A DNA stretch of 64,000 nucleotides, taken from Nitrosopumilus sp. Lineage in GTDB: Archaea; Thermoproteota; Nitrososphaeria; Nitrososphaerales; Nitrosopumilaceae. Position 1 is the stretch's first letter, and every line of letters begins with the position of its first letter. Under the pieces are notes generated by a model, which did no database searches, had not been told where the DNA came from, and saw nothing but the letters and a program-made list of their open reading frames with translations. This document shows positions 42,792-54,753 of the stretch, piece after piece. The position numbers and the translations under genes were made by a program. The DNA lies in contig CBDBCE010000004.1 in NCBI GenBank assembly GCA_965203315.1, positions 160,001 to 224,000 of the forward strand. Reading direction: 5' to 3'.

Positions 42792-45700
42792 ATATCATAT
42801 ATCCTGATAAACCAACTAGACACTATAGTCCACGATGACATTTACTGGAATTCGGGACAGACTCAGATACTAGAGACTCCTTACATCTATGAAACAATCA
42901 CACCAACAGGCAAGGATGCAACATTTATCGCATTTGAAGGCATGACAGCTCAAGTAAACTATACAGATATCAACTCTAACGGTGTCGATACAGTACTGTC
43001 TGCTCAGCAAGATATCATTACAAACACAGGTACAGTATCTCTCAATAATACAAGCTATGATACAGGTGATGCAGTAACTATAACACTCGTCGATCCCGAT
43101 CTAGACAGAGATACTAGCACAGCTGACGTCTATAATGTATTTCAGGATAGTACAGATCCCGATAGAGATCTAGTAGGCAAGAACGCACAGGGTTCACAAG
43201 AGACTCTACTGTCTGGCAGATCGTTGGGAATGTTACTCGAGGTAACACTAAACAATACGAGATGGCAGTCTGGTACGTGTACTTTATCTAGTGGTACACC
43301 AAACGGACTAGGCGGTACAACCTTTGCATTACAAGAGACTGGACCCAATACAGGCACATTTACAGGTACATTTGATGTACCGGCCCAGTTTTGTGATGGT
43401 GCTGATACCGTATATACAAACGGTACAAATATCGGTGTAACATATCTAGACTTTAGAAATGCTACCGGTAGTATCGTCACAGCTAGTGATACAGCTAGTA
43501 TCGCTGCAGCTGTGACCACTCCAACTCCCCCCGTGACTCCGCCCCCAATCACAATTCCTAATAATCTATTAACAATACCGCCACTAACCAATTCGAGCAG
43601 TTCTGCTGGGATGAATTTTGATTCAGACACAGAACACGATGGTTCGATATACTATGATGGCGACTCTAAAAGATACACAGACGACAGTGGCAACGATGCT
43701 ACCGCTGATCTCTATGTGGCACGAGGTACTGAAACACTACCGCGTGCTCTATTTGAAGGCACTGGTGATTATCAGTGTACTGGAAATTTTGAACGTGTTA
43801 AATTCCTCGGCAAACAACGTGTTCCAAGCTTTGCCATACCGGATAATGTAACTCCTGATAGAAAGGGTAGACTAGCTGCATATGGACTAGACTTTTACAA
43901 CAAGAGCACAACAATATCATGCAGACCAAATCCTGAAGCCGTCTCTGATCAAACACTGATAACCGACACTGCACTGCGAATCACCATATACGGTAAGGCA
44001 GACAAAAAGCCTATCTACTTTTCACCCCGTGACGGAATACTCAAGGCTCAACCAATTCCAATGTGTACAACTGATATGATCGACACAAGCAACAACAATG
44101 CTCTCAAGGGTAACAATACTGTATGTTATGGCGTACACGGTAATGACATGGTCATCGTTACAAAACGACTGACTGGGTTTTATGGCGCAGCAGACAGCGT
44201 TACAACACCTACAGATCCAACAGATCTCAATGCCGCTATACCTGTTGCATCTCTTACCAATCCCGTAACCGGTAAAATACAAACACACGAATACTATACT
44301 GAAAAGATAAACAGTACATCTCTGATAGAATATCCCAACCCTGTCTTTTTGTACAACACGTTACCTCTTTGCGAGGACTCTGTTCGTGGCACATATCATA
44401 CAATACAAATGACAACAAAAGGAGATATTTTGTTCAAGTATGCTCTAAACGGAGTACAGTTTGACGGCAGGCTATTCCTGACTCTGACAGATCATACTCC
44501 CAAAAAGACCATATCACTAGACTCTAACTTTGTCCAACAGCGTGGTAATTGGTACAACTATAACAGTACTCTTCCAAAGAGTATACTGGATCAGTTTGGC
44601 AACTTTACCAGCATAAACGCCAGACTGTTTGTGACCAATGACACCATACCAAACAAAAACATATTCAGCAACAGCTCTACAGGTTCACCTCTATACTACA
44701 AAAGCCAGAAAAAGGCTATCATGGAGTTGCCAGATGCTGCAGATACAGTAACCTTTGTACCTGGTAAAGTACCAGGTGTCCGTGGCAATGTACATGTTCC
44801 ACAAGGTGATACCGTACCACTAACCGCAGAGATACTGTGCCAGTTTGGTCATATACAACCATCTCCATCAGCTCAGGTATTTGATCTAGGTATATCTGCA
44901 GATAACGCAACAAACGGTCTCGAGATCAAGTATGAATTTACATCAAAGACGTTCTATCAAGGTGCAGAGGAACAGAAACCGACAAAGTTCTTTTGGATTG
45001 CAACCGACTCTGACGGCAACTCTGTCAACGGTGATACAACTCGTACCATAACCAATTCATACAACTTTGTCATTCCTCAAAGTACATCTGGTACATATGA
45101 TATAGTGATATACGGCTCTGATGCTGAACGTACACTAATAGGTACACATGCAGGTTCGTACACGTTTGCAGCTGCATCTGCACCAGTGACCAACCCTCCA
45201 TCAACATCTGGTATACTAACGATACCCAAGCCTGACAACCTTGAGATATCTACTGATTATGATCTACAGACCATAACCACTACTAATGGTGATCGGCAGA
45301 CTACGTTCATGGTCCGAGATGAAGCCAATGAAAAGTATGTATTCACTCCTGTGGCATTTGAGAACGAACTTAATGGCAAGGTAGGTGATGTGTACATACC
45401 CGCTCGTACACTTACAGAGTCCAACCCAATATTTTTCAACTCTGTAACCAACTCTTACGCAAATACTGACTGTGATGTAGATGTCTGGTCTATAACGGAA
45501 CTGGCCAAGACCAATAACATTCCATCGTTTACTATACCAGCCAACATAAACACAACTAATCCAAACAGTATAGTCGGACTGGCACTCGACTTTGGTCCTG
45601 TTGGCGGTAGTTGTGCAGTAGACATGGACGCCAAATCTCCAAATCCTATATTCACAGAGAAAGAGATGAGATTCACAATATATGATACAACCAACCAACC

Positions 45701-48507
45701 GTACTATTTCTCACCCCGTGACGATATCACCACAGCTGTCCAGATACCTGCTTGTACCACCGATATGATAAATCTGAACGACCAGTCTCTCAAAGGTGAC
45801 ACAAAGATGTGTTATGGCAAGAACGGTGACGATATCGTAATTATAACAAAGAGGATTGCATTTTATGCAGTCGCAGGTGTACCACGGGACTCAACTCCGA
45901 CCAAGGTTATAGATCCAACTCTACTAACAATACCGCCACTAGGCAGCTTGACACCCACCTTTGGTACTATAGAATTTAAATCAGATCCTGCTAATGACGG
46001 CCAGCTATATCAATCTGCCACAGTTAGATCCTCTGATTCTGATCAAAAATATGATATCTATATGCAACTGGATACTCGTACACTCGTAACCCGTCTATTC
46101 ACTGGTGTTGATGATTATAGTTGTAGTGCAAGAGTCGATAATGTCCCGCGTCTGATCGATAACAACCATGTTCCAAATCTTGCAATACCAAATAACATTA
46201 GTCCCAAAGATCCTGACAGTGTGGTTGCAGCTGGACTGGACTTTTACATCGATGACCAAAAGTCACCATGTCCTTCACCAGATATAGAGGAAAAGAATGA
46301 TCAACCACTAATAACCGACAAGGATATGCGAATCACCATATACAACAATATAGACAAAAAGCCGTACTATTTCTCACCGCGTGACGGAATAACAGAGGCT
46401 CAACCAATTCCAAAATGTACATCTGATATAGTCGATATAAACAACAACCATGCCCTCAAAAGAAACAATGTAATGTGTTACGGCGTAAATGGAACTGGCG
46501 ATACGGCATCTATTGTTATAGTTACAAAACGTCTAACTGGATTTTACGGTGTGGCAACCTCTATCGATGAACCAACAAATCCTATGAAATTTCAGTATGG
46601 TGGAGCAACTGTACCTCTTGTAGATAAAAGTACTCTATTATCAATACCATCAATAGGCAGCTCGACACCAAGTTTTAAGATCATGGAATTTAAATCAGAT
46701 CCTAACAATGACGGTCAAATATATCACGAGCAAGATACTGCTAGATACTCAAATTCTGACAAAAAGTATGATATCTATATGGAACAGAACGCTCGTACAC
46801 TCGTAACCTCTCTATTCACTGGTGTCGATGATTTTAGTTGCAGCGCAAGGGTTTCTCATATTCCAGGTTTGATCACTGACAACCGTGTTCCAAATCTTGC
46901 AGCTCCTGCCAACATACAACCTAGACTTGTTAGCAGTCTAGATGCAGTTGGACTAGACTTTTACAACGCTACTGGTTCATCATCATGTTTACCAAATATA
47001 GAGACTCCTTCTAAACAACCGCTAGTACTCGACAAGGATATGCGAATCACCCTTCCTGACACCGGCAACAATCTCTACTATTTCTCACCACGTGACGGAA
47101 TAACCGAGGCTCAACCAATTCCTGCATGTACATCTGATATAATCGATACAGACAACAACAATGCTCTCAAAGATGGCAATACAATGTGTTACGGCGTAAA
47201 TGCAACCACAGGTCCGCAATCTTTTGTTGTAATCACAAAGTGTCTGACTGGATTTTATGGTACAACTGATACACTCTTTGTACCTACAAGATCTGTAAAT
47301 CCTAACAACATGTGTGGAAGCGGTGACCCTAAAGACAGCGATGATTATCTGGCCACTGCACCAACCTTTGGCGTCTCACAACTCACAGGTGAACAGCTGG
47401 TAACATGTGGCTATAAAATGGACGACACTTGCCGTGATATTACGGGCTATCATGTCCAGTACGAGCGAGACACAATCCAAACTAACACGACACACACATT
47501 TGCAATAAAGACACTGGCACCAAACATGTTGCACAATGTTATACTGGCATTTAGTGTACCAAATGTGGGCGCTCCAGTGAGTACAGCAGAAGCATACATC
47601 TCTGTACATCTTGGAATAAACTATAGCGAACCGTCACACCACTATATCACAGATGTTACTATACATGACCCAAACAACATCATCGACTATGACACACAAA
47701 ACACAACAGTATCTGCTGCATCTTGTTCTGGTACCGAGCTACAATGTACGCAAATAACACTCCCAGATGTGTTGTTCCGTGAGGTGATGAACCATGAACC
47801 ATTTGCAATACAAGTAACTGATACTCTACGATTCACATCCATAAACTACATGAACGAAGGTGTCTTTGTTGAAGGTACATCACTAAACGCACCACCAACT
47901 GCACAGCCAGGACTCACACTATCTAGTGACGATGGTAGACCAGTAACTCTCATTCTAGTCCGTACGGACAAGGTCTCTGATCTATGGGCAGACGCATTCG
48001 GCAACACTTGGAGTCGCAACTCGTTTGGCAACTTTGTCATAGTAGAGTATGCACCATATGCAGGTACCACTCCCGTATGTACAGACATCAACGACAGAAT
48101 ATGTGCACCATTCAAAGCTAAACTCGACTGGCACAATCAAAGGATGATAGAACTACGTGACTCGTTATACGACGCATACAAGACAAAAGCATACGCCGAG
48201 ATCGACAACATCTTCACCTACGAGTTTGGTGATGTAGACTCTCGCACTAGAACACTGATCAATCTGGGCTGGCTAACCGAGTAGGTGCAGTAACCAGACC
48301 TAGTCTTACGACTAACGTGTCTGTCATTATGTCGACTTAATTCTATTGACCGAGATTGACAGTTTTGTACAATCTCAAATCAAAAAGATGAGCATGGTTG
48401 TATATCGACTATTGTGAATTGTCGTTACTATGCCAAATCACATAATATGCATTAATCGTGATCTCGTCATCTAATTCTCGACATGTAAAGTTAGTAGAAC
48501 AAAAAAA

Positions 48508-48623
48508 AAATCTTTTCGGTCTACATGGGATAGAATGGTTACAAAAAATCACTACAAGATTCTATAAAGAAAAATTAGAAAAAAGCCTTATGAAATACCA
48601 TCCCACGTAAACCGAAGAGATCC
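48508..48623 (-). mobile_element. MITE family A, short copy (~116 bp)
   Basis: Ends TCTTTTCGGTCTACATGGGATAG...CCATCCCACGTAAACCGAAGAGATCC; reverse complement matches 59896-60014 and the ends of 58803-59058. Confidence 0.72.
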
Positions 48624-48662
48624 CAAAAAACACCTAAATAGATTTGATATATTCGATGATAT

Positions 48663-48872
48663 ATGCCAGAATATGTATGTCCAGAGTGTCACAAGCGTAT
48701 ATTCCATGAGAATGAGACAACGCTAAAGGTACTGGTGACAATTCACTCAAAGTTTTGTAGAAAGACTCTTGGTGAGACACATAGCTTTATGCACAGAGAC
48801 TTGGCACACATGGATACATTTGACTCAGAGCGAGCAAACGACTCTGCTGGTACACCGATCCTCAAAAAGTGA
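48663..48872 (+). CDS. Small Zn-finger-like hypothetical protein
   Basis: YVCPEC...HSKFC in 69 aa. Confidence 0.65.
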   Translation: MPEYVCPECHKRIFHENETTLKVLVTIHSKFCRKTLGETHSFMHRDLAHMDTFDSERANDSAGTPILKK

Positions 48873-48911
48873 TTACAAAGCTCAAAATATCACTTATGGA
48901 TAGTGTTGTAA

Positions 48912-50120
48912 TTGGTTAAAGAGTACGAGTATGATCTAGTGGTGGTCGGTGCCGGTCCTGCAGGATCGTCTGCAGCCAAGAGCGCTGCCGATGCTGGACT
49001 ACGAGTTGCATTACTAGAACGAGAAGCAACTATTGCCGAGACGGTACGAACCAGTGGTGTAACATGGATGGATAGTATTGATGAGTTTGGGATACCTGAC
49101 AACTGTTACAATCCGATCAAAGACTTTTCATTTTGTACTCCAAACACATCAGTTGCTATATCTAGTAAACAATTCAAAGCAGCCGTGCTAGATGTACGAA
49201 GAACATATCGCTGGTTATCTGAACAAGCTGTTGTTGCGGGATCTGATCTATATACATCACATACTGTAACCGATGTAATACGTAATGATAGATCAGATAT
49301 CGCTGGAGTCGGTGCAATAACATCTGGTAATCGTGTAAACTTTAAAGCCAAAGTTGTCATCGATGCAAGTGGGTTTACGTCTATACTCTGCAAGCTCTTG
49401 AATATCGCTCCACCGTGGAAACGATTTGGTGTAGGTGCTGAGATCGAGGCTAGAGTCGAAGATGTAGATGCAGATCGATGGTGGCTGATGGTAGGTGATA
49501 TCTATTCTCCTGCCGGATATGCATGGATATTTCCATTAAATAACAAGATGGTCCGAATTGGAGTCGGAGTTGGGAGACCAGAGTCTGTCGCCGATCCCAA
49601 AATACTACTTGACAATCTTATCAAGACGAGACCTGGTCCTATATCTGATCTAGGTGAGATAGAACCGATCGAGTTTCACTATGGAATGATTCCAAACGAT
49701 GGAACAACTCGCAAGACGGTATTTAACAATTTGATACTAGTTGGTGATGCTGCGGGACAATCCAATCCACTAGTACTAGAAGGAATAAGATATGCTATAA
49801 GATTTGGTAAACTTGCTGGCAAGACTGCCGCTACATGTATTCATGCATCTAGTACTATGCAACGAGATCTACAAATATACGAAGACGAGTGGCGCCGCCA
49901 AATAGATGCAAAGATCAGATCTGCCAAACGAGTTCAGGATCGATGGCTAAAACTTGATAATGAACAATGGGATCGTGAATTGGAGATAATCAGTCATCTG
50001 AATATAGATGAGTTTCTAGACTTTATACGTGCTGACTTTGGATTGACGAGTATCGCAAAGATGGCAACACGCCATCCCAAGATGATCGTCAGACAGCTGT
50101 TTAGTCTTATACGAAACTAG
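48912..50120 (+). CDS. Geranylgeranyl reductase family FAD oxidoreductase
   Basis: VVGAGPAGS, IDASG, GYAWIFP, VGDAAGQSNPL..EGI. Confidence 0.88.
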   Translation: MVKEYEYDLVVVGAGPAGSSAAKSAADAGLRVALLEREATIAETVRTSGVTWMDSIDEFGIPDNCYNPIKDFSFCTPNTSVAISSKQFKAAVLDVRRTYRWLSEQAVVAGSDLYTSHTVTDVIRNDRSDIAGVGAITSGNRVNFKAKVVIDASGFTSILCKLLNIAPPWKRFGVGAEIEARVEDVDADRWWLMVGDIYSPAGYAWIFPLNNKMVRIGVGVGRPESVADPKILLDNLIKTRPGPISDLGEIEPIEFHYGMIPNDGTTRKTVFNNLILVGDAAGQSNPLVLEGIRYAIRFGKLAGKTAATCIHASSTMQRDLQIYEDEWRRQIDAKIRSAKRVQDRWLKLDNEQWDRELEIISHLNIDEFLDFIRADFGLTSIAKMATRHPKMIVRQLFSLIRN

Positions 50121-50225
50121 ATTATCTCAACACATGTGATATATTGAAGCGACGTCATCGCATTCACTATGAATACTTTTATCTTGTATTCGATCTCGTG
50201 TACAATGATCTCAAAATTATAATAG

Positions 50226-50870
50226 ATGGCTGATCTGATGCTGTTGATGGATGAGGTTAAAGCCACTTTTGATGCATGGGCAAAAGATAATCGAGATATA
50301 AAGATGGAAAAGGAACATGGCAAGAGTGTATCAAAGTTTTTGAGAACGATCAGATTTGATAGCCCCTTCACATTCTTGGACGTTGGTTGCGGAAACGGTT
50401 GGCTAGTACGAAAGATTGCACTGGAACCATACTGTAAGAGATCTGTGGGAATCGACAAGAGTGATGTGATGATACATAGAGCAAACTCTGTTCCTGCATC
50501 CAAGACTAAATTTGTCTGCACTGATATTCTGTCGTGGACGAGTAAGACTAAATTTGACTATATCTTTTCAATGGAGTCGTTGTATTATGTTGATATGATT
50601 GATGTATCTCTGGCAAAGATATTTCAAATGTTAAAACCTGGAGGACGTTTCTTTTGTGGTACGGATTTTTACGCAGAGAACAAGGCTACACAAAGATGGT
50701 CAAACATGATAAAGATCAAGATGCATCTATACTCAAAGTTAGAATGGAAACAATTATTCTCCAAAGCTGGATTTGATACTAAAACTAGGCACATTAAAGA
50801 TCCTCAACACTCAAAAAAGTGGCGGCGTGAATTTGGTACACTCTTTATTACTGGTTACAAACCAGAGTGA
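50226..50870 (+). CDS. Class I SAM-dependent methyltransferase
   Basis: LDVGCGNG, FDYIFSME, LKPGG. Confidence 0.9.
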   Translation: MADLMLLMDEVKATFDAWAKDNRDIKMEKEHGKSVSKFLRTIRFDSPFTFLDVGCGNGWLVRKIALEPYCKRSVGIDKSDVMIHRANSVPASKTKFVCTDILSWTSKTKFDYIFSMESLYYVDMIDVSLAKIFQMLKPGGRFFCGTDFYAENKATQRWSNMIKIKMHLYSKLEWKQLFSKAGFDTKTRHIKDPQHSKKWRREFGTLFITGYKPE

Positions 50871-51059
50871 TTCTGTTGCTCCTAAATACTTGAGATTAGA
50901 ATACGATCTATAGATTTATGCAGAGATGTACATACTATGAATTCGTCTTCGTACGAGTACATACATTTGATCGATTATACTTTAGCATGATATGCATATC
51001 TGTTGAAACATTCAACATTCGCGCTAGTACGTATTTATTTGTAAACTATGTCTGTTGTG

Positions 51060-51344
51060 GTGTGAGCTGGAGCACGAAACGCTGCTACGGCAGAGGAAAC
51101 TCCTCCCTCCATACAGACGATGTGATTTGGAGATAAATAATCAGAGATGGTTGGCTACGGAGCAGAGAGTGATTCGTTATGGCGTACGATGATGACAAAA
51201 TCTGAGGTTTCCAGAAACGAAATGAGAGATGCCGTCCCACATGGAGTAAGGCCAAACAGAACCACACTAGTGTCTGTACTAGGTTCAGGTAGGCTGCATA
51301 GCGAAATATCGTGAAAACAAAAGGAGGGTTACTCCCAGCACACA
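51060..51344 (+). ncRNA. rnpB: Archaeal RNase P RNA
   Basis: CR-I GAGGAAACTCCTCCC and CR-V ACAAAAGGAGGGTTA (P4 pairing); P1 TGTG.GCTGG / CCAGCACACA. Confidence 0.88.
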
Positions 51345-51345
51345 T

Positions 51346-52722
51346 TTAATTCATTGACTGAGTGTATTCTTTACAGGTTTGTCCGCTACAACCACAAGTT
51401 GCGTCACACAAACAAGATCCTTGCATCTCGCAGTCACATTCAGAACCCATCTCAGCTGACGCTGCACAACCACATGCTGCATCTATTGATGGTGCAGGTT
51501 TAGCCTGGGTGATCTCGGGTGCCGTGCTGGCTTCGTAGACGTTTCGTGTCTGCGCATGATCTGAAAAGTCTCGCAACTGTGCTTCGCCTCGATTTGTCTG
51601 ATATCCTCCTGCAGACGCACTAGTCTGATATCCTACTAGGTGTGATGGATCTATGCCTTGTTGTCCCTGTTTTTCATTCTTTAGTGCACGATTGCTTACA
51701 AAGAAGAATGCAATTCCTGCAACTGCGGCCATGCCTGCCATGCCATATATGATAACGATTGGAAAGTCACCAGTACTGGTGTCTGCATAGCCTGTTGGTA
51801 CTTTATCAGTAGTACCTATGATCTCTATTCCGTCTAGCCTATCTGCTGAACCAAAACCTATGACTCTCAATGTGGCGTCATCTGGTGCTCTAACACTACG
51901 TATGGTATATTCTGCATCTGCTTGAATTGTAGAGTCATGGAATCTTGGAACTTGTATTCCTTCACGGAAACTGCTTTCGCCCATGGTCCAGCTAGCTACT
52001 ACAAAACCTGCGATCGATTCGTCTAGACCAAACTGACCTGCATCTACATTTATTCCTGTAGGATCAAACAAAAAGTGCCAGTTGCTTAAAGGCTGATTTA
52101 AAACACCATCGGCATTTATTATGGGCAATGCTAGTATTTCTGTCTCTGCTGATGTACCTCTGATGATATCATACACTATTGGTTCTTGTATGCGAATTAC
52201 GTTTATTGGCGTGTTGATCTCTACATCATTGATCGTTACGGGATCATTGACAGTTAGGCCCCGCCACCCAATATCGATTATGGTCTTTGGGCCATCATCA
52301 GAGTCGATTGTTGTGATGACATAGTCTGAGATTATGCCCTCTATGGTTATCTCGTAATCTATCGATGCTCCCAACTCTCGTCCTTGTAGATGAAAGTTGT
52401 AAGATACATCTAGGTCTGTTACTCTAGCATGTGAACCATCACTTGCAATCTTTCTGTTGAGCTGTTGTACTAGATCTTGAACTCCTGTATTGGTAATATC
52501 TGCTGTATCTTGGACACGCCACTCTTTACCACTTAATTCGTCATACATTATGCCCCCATTTGGATAATCGATAAAGATGGTCTTTTGATAACCTACCTCA
52601 AAGTGCGAGTCACTTACCTTGGGATTGATCACAGACTCAAAACCGGCAGCCCACGCGTCTGTAGACATTCCGATTGATATCATACTTGTAACTAGTGCCG
52701 TGAAAATTATGAGTTTATACAT
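51346..52722 (-). CDS. Secreted, C-terminally membrane-anchored protein with Cys-rich tail
   Basis: Signal peptide ending DAWA; TM FPIVIIYGMAGMAAVAGIAFFFV; tail with four CxC motifs. Confidence 0.75.
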   Translation of the reverse strand: MYKLIIFTALVTSMISIGMSTDAWAAGFESVINPKVSDSHFEVGYQKTIFIDYPNGGIMYDELSGKEWRVQDTADITNTGVQDLVQQLNRKIASDGSHARVTDLDVSYNFHLQGRELGASIDYEITIEGIISDYVITTIDSDDGPKTIIDIGWRGLTVNDPVTINDVEINTPINVIRIQEPIVYDIIRGTSAETEILALPIINADGVLNQPLSNWHFLFDPTGINVDAGQFGLDESIAGFVVASWTMGESSFREGIQVPRFHDSTIQADAEYTIRSVRAPDDATLRVIGFGSADRLDGIEIIGTTDKVPTGYADTSTGDFPIVIIYGMAGMAAVAGIAFFFVSNRALKNEKQGQQGIDPSHLVGYQTSASAGGYQTNRGEAQLRDFSDHAQTRNVYEASTAPEITQAKPAPSIDAACGCAASAEMGSECDCEMQGSCLCDATCGCSGQTCKEYTQSMN

Positions 52723-53122
52723 TAATGTGTTATCTGTTCATTTATAGTAATAAACTTATCATTTTTGTAGTTTTTTGTCTGATATCGGAGTGATCACAGA
52801 ATCATGATACGTCAAACCCATTCATGTAGGCACAAATCTAAACCAAGATTATCTAGACATAACGTGATGTGCGGGTATCGTACTAGTTAGAGTATGTCAT
52901 ATTTTACATTCTCTGCCATCTGACATGTTAGACTGATGACATAGATATAAAGACGATCTTCACCACTCATGTCTGATGATATTGTACAGTTCAATATGAT
53001 GCAATTTGCTGTGTTGCGAACAATATGATGTCCAAATGTGTCCAAATTACGTCATTTTGGATAATTTGAAAAAGTAATAAAGAGTAGTATCTGAGGTTTG
53101 ATAGTTTTCAGGTGAGATTGAG

Positions 53123-54043
53123 GTGATTACGATATTGGCAGGAGGAACAGGCTCGGTAAAGTTGGTTAGGGGACTTGCCTCACTCAAATCCAAAGTTAAT
53201 GTAGTAAGTAATGTCGGTGACAACTATTGGCTGTATGGACTGTATGTTTGTCCAGACATTGATACAATTGTATATGGACTCGCTGATCTGTTGGACGTTG
53301 ATCGTGGTTGGGGGATCAAGAAAGACACATTCAACTTTTTACGACAGATGGAGGTCTTTGGTGAAGAGACATGGTTTCGTATAGGTGATCGTGATTCTGC
53401 AACACATCTGATCCGAACAAACATGTTAAAGAACGGATACAATCTTACCGATATCACAAAGTGGATGTGTGAAAAGTTTGCAGTCAGTACAAACATAATC
53501 CCGATCACCGACAATAGTGTTGAGACAAGAATAACTACAGAAAAGGGAGAGATGCATCTTCAAGAGTATTGGGTAAAACATAGAGGCAAAGATAAGGTTG
53601 AAGGGATACAGTATATAGGAGCTGAGAAGGCAAGACCAAACCCAGAGGTAATAAACGCAATCCATGATGCTCAGATTGTTGTTTTAGCTCCAGGTAACCC
53701 ACTAACGTCAATTGGACCGATGTTGCAGATAAAAGGAATCAGAAAAGAACTCTCAAAGATAAAACAAAAAGTGGTTGCAGTCAGTCCATTGATTGGCAAT
53801 GACTCAATAAGCGGACCAGCAGCAAAGTATATGCAAGCAGCTGGAATCGAGTCCAATGTCTATGGACTCGCAAAGATGTATTCAGATGTATGCTCAAATA
53901 TTATAATCGATACAAAAGACAAGGCTCTTGGAAAGAAGATTCAAGAGCTAGACATGAAGGTGTATGAGACGAAGATACTCATGAAGAACAAAAAAGCCGA
54001 AGATGCTCTCGCAAACTTTATCGTAAAACAAGTACGCCTATAA
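53123..54043 (+). CDS. cofD: 2-phospho-L-lactate transferase (F420 biosynthesis)
   Basis: LAGGTGSVK, NVGDN..LYGLYVCPDIDT, WFRIGDRD.ATH, HLQEYWV, PGNP.TSIGP. Confidence 0.95.
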   Translation: MITILAGGTGSVKLVRGLASLKSKVNVVSNVGDNYWLYGLYVCPDIDTIVYGLADLLDVDRGWGIKKDTFNFLRQMEVFGEETWFRIGDRDSATHLIRTNMLKNGYNLTDITKWMCEKFAVSTNIIPITDNSVETRITTEKGEMHLQEYWVKHRGKDKVEGIQYIGAEKARPNPEVINAIHDAQIVVLAPGNPLTSIGPMLQIKGIRKELSKIKQKVVAVSPLIGNDSISGPAAKYMQAAGIESNVYGLAKMYSDVCSNIIIDTKDKALGKKIQELDMKVYETKILMKNKKAEDALANFIVKQVRL

Positions 54044-54044
54044 C

Positions 54045-54683
54045 TTGAAACTAGCAGCAATCATTCCAGTAAAGACCTTTGCAAAAGCAAAGACTAGACT
54101 AGATGTATCACAGCATCAGCGAGAACTCTTGTGCAAATTGATGCTAGAAGAAGTTATTCTAACTACAAGCATATCGTCTCATGTAGATGAGATCGTCATC
54201 GTTACTAGAGAGCGCCAAGTTCAAGAGATCGCAGATAAGTATGGAGCTACTGTAATCTCAGATACAGAGTCTGGTGTAAACAATGCAGTAATGCTTGCTG
54301 ATCAATACCTATTGAATGCTGGTTTTGATGCGTCATTGGTACTCCCTCAGGACATTCCATACATCAAAACACAGGACATTGATTTTATGTTAAACTACAA
54401 GATGCATCCCAACTTTGCAGTCATAGTTCCTTCTAGACACTTTGATGGTACAAACGCACTGATACGCATGCCAATAGATCTGATGAATACCTCATATGAT
54501 CAAAACAGTTACAAGAATCACATGAGTATTGCAAAACAACATACACGTAATGTGGCAATGATCTTTGTTAGACGTATCATGTTGGATGTTGACACTCGTC
54601 AGGATCTCAACTTTCTGCTTACTCAACCAGAGAAGCGACATATTGTCCACAAGATACGCGCTATCTTGAACGATCATTCATAA
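54045..54683 (+). CDS. cofC: 2-phospho-L-lactate/PEP guanylyltransferase (F420 biosynthesis)
   Basis: IIPVKTFAKAKTRL, DGTNAL, LDVDT..DL; follows cofD. Confidence 0.92.
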   Translation: MKLAAIIPVKTFAKAKTRLDVSQHQRELLCKLMLEEVILTTSISSHVDEIVIVTRERQVQEIADKYGATVISDTESGVNNAVMLADQYLLNAGFDASLVLPQDIPYIKTQDIDFMLNYKMHPNFAVIVPSRHFDGTNALIRMPIDLMNTSYDQNSYKNHMSIAKQHTRNVAMIFVRRIMLDVDTRQDLNFLLTQPEKRHIVHKIRAILNDHS

Positions 54684-54753
54684 CAAAATTTGATTAATTG
54701 CTCTAAATAAAAAAAGTTACACATTGATGTTCGTTTGTGTATAGTGATAATAG

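Larger units (their letters stand above)
36330..48284 (+). pseudogene. Giant secreted/surface protein (~3,267 aa reconstructed) split by two IS insertions
   Basis: Joining 36330-40585 + 41500-41559 + 42797-48284 (9,804 nt) gives one frame (RIANQ-IIRIAAEETGVNTGTFTGTI-SYILINQ...EGMTAQ); signal peptide ending DAYA; nine Cys-containing repeats; ETGxNTGTFTG S-layer-like motifs. Confidence 0.88.

Noticed and set aside
37070-45870. Diversity-generating retroelement TR/VR pair within the giant protein
   Set aside because: Differences between the two similar repeats are not adenine-specific, both copies are coding, and there is no reverse transcriptase in the window.
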